Shown here in pieces: positions 60,063 through 64,000 of a stretch of DNA of 64,000 nucleotides. Every line of letters begins with the position of its first letter. Position 1 is the first letter of the stretch. This DNA comes from Pseudomonadota bacterium (GTDB lineage Bacteria > Pseudomonadota > Gammaproteobacteria > QQUJ01). The stretch covers positions 335,286 through 399,285 of the forward strand of contig QQUJ01000018.1 of NCBI GenBank assembly GCA_008501635.1, read 5' to 3'. A program made the translations under genes and the position numbers. The notes under the pieces were generated by a model. It saw only the letters and a program-made list of their open reading frames with translations. It did not search any database and had not been told where the DNA came from.

Positions 60063-60143
60063 AGGGTGGGCCTTTGCTCGTCGAATCTGGTGCATCTGGT
60101 CGGGGGTGGTACGGTAATCGAACTGTAACATCATGAAAATAAT

Positions 60144-60818
<675 letters not shown>

Positions 60819-60839
60819 CCCGACGCGGAGGTTTTTACG

Positions 60840-62156
60840 ATGGAAGCAATACCCGAACTCAAGTACGTACTGAACACGCTCTGGTTTGTATTGGCCGGTG
60901 CATTGGTGATGTGGATGGCAGCCGGGTTCGCTATGCTGGAGGCGGGCCTGGTGCGCGCCAAGAACACTGCCGAGATTCTGACCAAGAACGTGGCGCTCTA
61001 CTCGTTGGCCTGCATCATGTATCTCATCATTGGTTACAACCTGATGTATGGGGAGGGCAACGGTTTCATCGGCGGCGGAACGCTTCTTGCCGGTATTGCC
61101 GGCCCTGATGGAACCTCTTATATGGGCGACGATGGTCCGCACCACGCCCTGATGTCTGACTTCTTCTTCCAGGTGGTTTTTGTCGCAACCGCCATGTCGA
61201 TCGTCTCCGGCGCGGTGGCCGAACGCATGAAGCTCTGGGCGTTTCTGGCATTCGCGGTGGTGATGACCGGTTTCATCTACCCGGTGCAGGGTCACTGGAG
61301 CTGGGGTGGCGGATTCCTCTCCGAACTGGGTTATAGCGACTATGCCGGCTCCGGCATCGTCCACCTGGCGGGCGCATCCGCCGCGTTGGCAGGCGTTCTG
61401 CTGCTTGGTGCGCGCAAGGGCAAGTACGGTCCGCAAGGGGAGGTGCGCGCGATTCCCGGTTGCAACCTGCCGCTGGCCGCGCTCGGTACCTTGATCCTGT
61501 GGCTGGGGTGGTTCGGCTTCAACGGCGGCTCAGAATTGGCGATGGACTCCAAAGGTGCGGCCGATGCCGTCGCTGCGGTCTTTGTCAACACCAATACTGC
61601 GGCGGCGGGTGGTTTGCTCGCGGCACTGGTGACGGCACGCTTCCTGTTCGGCAAGGCCGATCTCACCATGGCTCTCAACGGTGCGCTTGCGGGTCTGGTG
61701 GCGATCACCGCGGCACCCAACACCCCCTCGCCGTTGCTCGCTACGCTGATCGGCGTTATCGGCGGCGCGCTGGTGGTGTTCTCCATTGTCGCTCTCGACA
61801 AGCTGCGGATTGACGATCCGGTCGGTGCCATTTCGGTTCACGGTGTGGTTGGTATCTGGGGGGTGATGGCGGTGCTGCTCTCCAACGACGAAGCGAGCTT
61901 TGCCGGTCAATTGGCAGGTATCGGCGCCATTTTCGGCTTTGTCTTCGGCTGCAGCCTCGTGGTGTGGATGATTCTCAAGGTGACTATGGGTATTCGGGTC
62001 AGTGAGGAGGAGGAGTACGAAGGCGTGGATATCTCCGAGTGCGGCCTGGAGGCCTATCCGGAATTCACGGCTGCCGCGATCTCGGGTACCGGCACCGGTG
62101 GCGGATTGAAAAAACCGGTGGCAGGCAGCGTGGGTGCTGTGGTGACGGCTTCGTGA
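60840..62156 (+). CDS. amtB: ammonium transporter
   Basis: 438 aa, 11 TM, Amt signature regions (...LVRAKNTAEILTKNV..., ...SGIVHLAGASAALAGVLLLGAR...). Confidence 0.9.
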   Translation: MEAIPELKYVLNTLWFVLAGALVMWMAAGFAMLEAGLVRAKNTAEILTKNVALYSLACIMYLIIGYNLMYGEGNGFIGGGTLLAGIAGPDGTSYMGDDGPHHALMSDFFFQVVFVATAMSIVSGAVAERMKLWAFLAFAVVMTGFIYPVQGHWSWGGGFLSELGYSDYAGSGIVHLAGASAALAGVLLLGARKGKYGPQGEVRAIPGCNLPLAALGTLILWLGWFGFNGGSELAMDSKGAADAVAAVFVNTNTAAAGGLLAALVTARFLFGKADLTMALNGALAGLVAITAAPNTPSPLLATLIGVIGGALVVFSIVALDKLRIDDPVGAISVHGVVGIWGVMAVLLSNDEASFAGQLAGIGAIFGFVFGCSLVVWMILKVTMGIRVSEEEEYEGVDISECGLEAYPEFTAAAISGTGTGGGLKKPVAGSVGAVVTAS

Positions 62157-62183
62157 TATCCGAGCACAGTTTTACGTGTAGCG

Positions 62184-62210
62184 AAGGCGGGCCGCAGGGC
62201 CCGCCTTTGT
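62184..62210. terminator. bidirectional rho-independent terminator between amtB and the convergent hypothetical gene
   Basis: aaggcgggcc-gcag-ggcccgcctt followed by ttt. Confidence 0.65.
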
Positions 62211-62213
62211 GTC

Positions 62214-62489
62214 TCATGCTACAGGATTGGCCTGGCACGGTTTCTTTTCACGCGACCATTCAAGCGCGGCAGAGCGTTCCTTGAAAACCTGGCACTCCAC
62301 GGGCTGATTCTTTGCGTACAGGCTGAACAGGTGGGACATCGTCTCCTGGAACCCTCGCGTCACCAGTGGGGCGATACGGTAGTTCTTACCCCGCTGTTGC
62401 GGATTGGTCGCCAGCAGTTCGACGAAATTGCAGACTATCCCGGAGTCGGCTTTCAGCGTCGCCTTCTGCAGGTCAACCAATACATGCAT
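62214..62489 (-). CDS. hypothetical small protein
   Basis: ~91 aa from the internal ATG (MHVLVDLQKATLKADSGIVCNFVELLATNPQQRGKNYRIAPLVTRGFQETMSHLFSLYAKNQ...). The longer track ORF would overlap the divergent lutA start. The coordinate is +/-1 nt uncertain. No family recognised. Confidence 0.35.
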   Translation of the reverse strand: MHVLVDLQKATLKADSGIVCNFVELLATNPQQRGKNYRIAPLVTRGFQETMSHLFSLYAKNQPVECQVFKERSAALEWSREKKPCQANPVA

Positions 62490-62628
62490 GCCGCTGCATC
62501 CAATGCCAGGATGAAGAGGCGCCCTGTAAAGGCGATTCAAACCACCTATCCTTATGCCTAAATGGGTGTCGTGGTGCCTTCGATCCACCGTGCAGGGAAT
62601 TCGCCGAACCCGGAATGAGCTGAAAGCC

Positions 62629-63393
62629 ATGGAAAAATCTCGCGCTTATCCACCCAAACCCGAGTCGGTCTACTTCTTCGGCACCTGCCTGATCGACCTC
62701 TTCTATCCGGAGGCCGGTATGGCTGGCATGCAGTTGCTGGAGCGAGCAGGTGTTGCGGTGATATTTCCGCAGGATCAAACCTGTTGCGGGCAGCCGGCCT
62801 TCAATTCGGGTTATCACGCCGAGGCGCTGTCCGTGGCGCGCCGCCAGTTGGCTTGCTTCGCGGAAGAGATTCCCATCGTAGTGCCCTCTGCTTCGTGCGC
62901 GGGGATGATGCGCCAGCACTACCCTGAACTGTTCGCTGGCGAGGCTGATTTCGCGCGTGCCCTAGCAATCGCTGAGCGTACCTATGAGTTGACGGAGTTT
63001 CTGGCCAACGTCCTCGGTGTTGAACTCAAGGATACCGGCGATCCCGTGCGTGTGACTCTGCACACCTCCTGTTCGGCGTGGCGCGAGATGGGCGTTGCAC
63101 AGGAGGCCAAGACATTGCTCGGCCAACTGCACAACGTGCAGCTGGTGGAACTGCAGCGCGAGCGTGAGTGCTGCGGCTTCGGCGGTACCTTTGCGGTCAA
63201 ACACCCCGAGATCTCGGCCGCCATGGTCAACGACAAAACAGCCGATATCTGCGCCACCGGCGCTGAACGCGTTCTGGGCGGCGATTGCGGCTGCTTGATG
63301 AATATCACGGGCGCCCTGGAATTCCAGGGTAAAGATGTGCGGGGTCAACATATCGCCAGTTTTCTCCTGGAGCGGACCGGTGACCGGGACTGA
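62629..63393 (+). CDS. lutA: lactate utilization protein A / (Fe-S) oxidoreductase, CCG-domain (YkgE/LutA)
   Basis: From ATG 62629: MEKSRAYPPKPESVYFFGTCLIDLFYPEAGMAGMQLLERAGVAVIFPQDQTCCGQPAFNSGY...CCGFGGTF... is collinear with E. coli YkgE. Confidence 0.8.
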   Translation: MEKSRAYPPKPESVYFFGTCLIDLFYPEAGMAGMQLLERAGVAVIFPQDQTCCGQPAFNSGYHAEALSVARRQLACFAEEIPIVVPSASCAGMMRQHYPELFAGEADFARALAIAERTYELTEFLANVLGVELKDTGDPVRVTLHTSCSAWREMGVAQEAKTLLGQLHNVQLVELQRERECCGFGGTFAVKHPEISAAMVNDKTADICATGAERVLGGDCGCLMNITGALEFQGKDVRGQHIASFLLERTGDRD

Positions 63394-64000
63394 TTTCCAG
63401 GCGCGTTCCCACGCGGCACTGAACGACAGCCAGCTGCGCGCCAACTTCCGGCGCGCGATGGACGGTCTGATGTCCAAGCGTCGCTCCGCGTTTGCGGACA
63501 CCGAAGAGCTGGAATCGTTGCGCGACCTCGGCGCAAGCATACGCCGCAACGCCCTGGCGAAACTGCCGGAGCTTCTGGAAAAACTGGAAGCAAACTGCAG
63601 CACCAACGGCATTCAGGTGCACTGGGCGGAGACCACGCGGCAGGCCAATGAAATCGTTTTGCAGATCGCGCAACGCCGCGATGCCCGGCGCATCATCAAG
63701 GGCAAATCGATGGTCTCCGAGGAGATGCATCTCAATCGATTCATGGCCGGGCACGGCATCGATTGCCTGGAGTCCGATCTGGGCGAGTACATCATCCAGC
63801 TCGATCATGAGATGCCCTCGCATATCATCATGCCCGCCATCCACAAGAACAAGGATCAGATCGCGCACCTCTTCGAGCGCGAGGTGGCGCAGGGACGCTA
63901 CACGGAGGACGTGGACGAACTGACCGCCATGGCGCGCCAGAAGTTGCGCGAAGCCTTTATGTCCGCCGACATCGGCATGTCGGGTGTCAATTTCGCAGTG
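63380..64000 (+). CDS. lutB: lactate utilization protein B (YkgF/LutB, LUD-domain Fe-S oxidoreductase), 5' part; continues beyond window end
   Basis: GTG 63380 overlaps lutA by 14 nt. VTGTDFQARSHAALNDSQLRANFRRAMDG...RRIIKGKSMVSEEMHLNRFMAGHGIDCLESDLGEYIIQLDHEMPSHIIMPAIHKNKDQIAHLFE matches the N-terminal LUD domain of YkgF. It is absent from the ORF track because it has no stop in the window. Confidence 0.75.
   Translation, partial: MTGTDFQARSHAALNDSQLRANFRRAMDGLMSKRRSAFADTEELESLRDLGASIRRNALAKLPELLEKLEANCSTNGIQVHWAETTRQANEIVLQIAQRRDARRIIKGKSMVSEEMHLNRFMAGHGIDCLESDLGEYIIQLDHEMPSHIIMPAIHKNKDQIAHLFEREVAQGRYTEDVDELTAMARQKLREAFMSADIGMSGVNFAV

Overview
The window is high-GC (~60-63%) gammaproteobacterial-type chromosomal DNA that is densely coding on both strands. 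Several genes point to a sulfur-metabolising lifestyle: rhodanese, a tandem TusA-like protein, TauE/SafE, DUF2892, MetY and SCO1. The main blocks, in order, are: (i) the 5' part of psd plus a two-domain rhodanese, and divergent from them a complete group-3b (sulfhydrogenase-type, HydBGDA-like) [NiFe] hydrogenase operon with its C-terminal maturation protease, followed by a membrane histidine kinase and a single-domain response regulator; (ii) housekeeping genes (FKBP PPIase, AlkA-like glycosylase, DMT/LysR pair, LysE, gpmI, ppsA, htpG with a sigma-32 promoter, serB, DAHP synthase, NUDIX, CBS, metY); (iii) a sulfur-trafficking locus (tandem TusA-like protein translationally coupled to an RlmJ-family methyltransferase with a degenerate catalytic motif) followed by hrpA; (iv) an MHYT-PAS-GGDEF-EAL sensor divergent from a radical-SAM protein with non-canonical Cx4Cx2C spacing; (v) a TauE/SafE - AT-rich palindromic operator - DUF2892 - retropepsin-like protease cluster; (vi) a 1870-aa tandemly duplicated UvrA-like protein (four ABC ATPase domains) carrying an in-frame 23-bp-arm palindromic insertion and followed by a secreted 22-aa-repeat protein; (vii) acetoacetyl-CoA synthetase, an orphan ParA-like ATPase, maeB, mazG, cobB, a PrpA-like phosphatase, glnK-amtB and lutAB (lutB runs off the window end). 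A family of IS630/Tc1-like MITEs (TA-flanked, ~31-bp terminal inverted repeats) is present in three states. There is a complete 268-bp copy inserted between an NtrC enhancer site and the sigma-54 promoter of glnK-amtB. There is a solo terminal inverted repeat inside a decayed alpha/beta-hydrolase pseudogene. There is a partial copy abutting a truncated ApgM-like gene fragment. No rRNA, tRNA or CRISPR array was recognised. All similarity calls rest on remembered family motifs, not on database searches.
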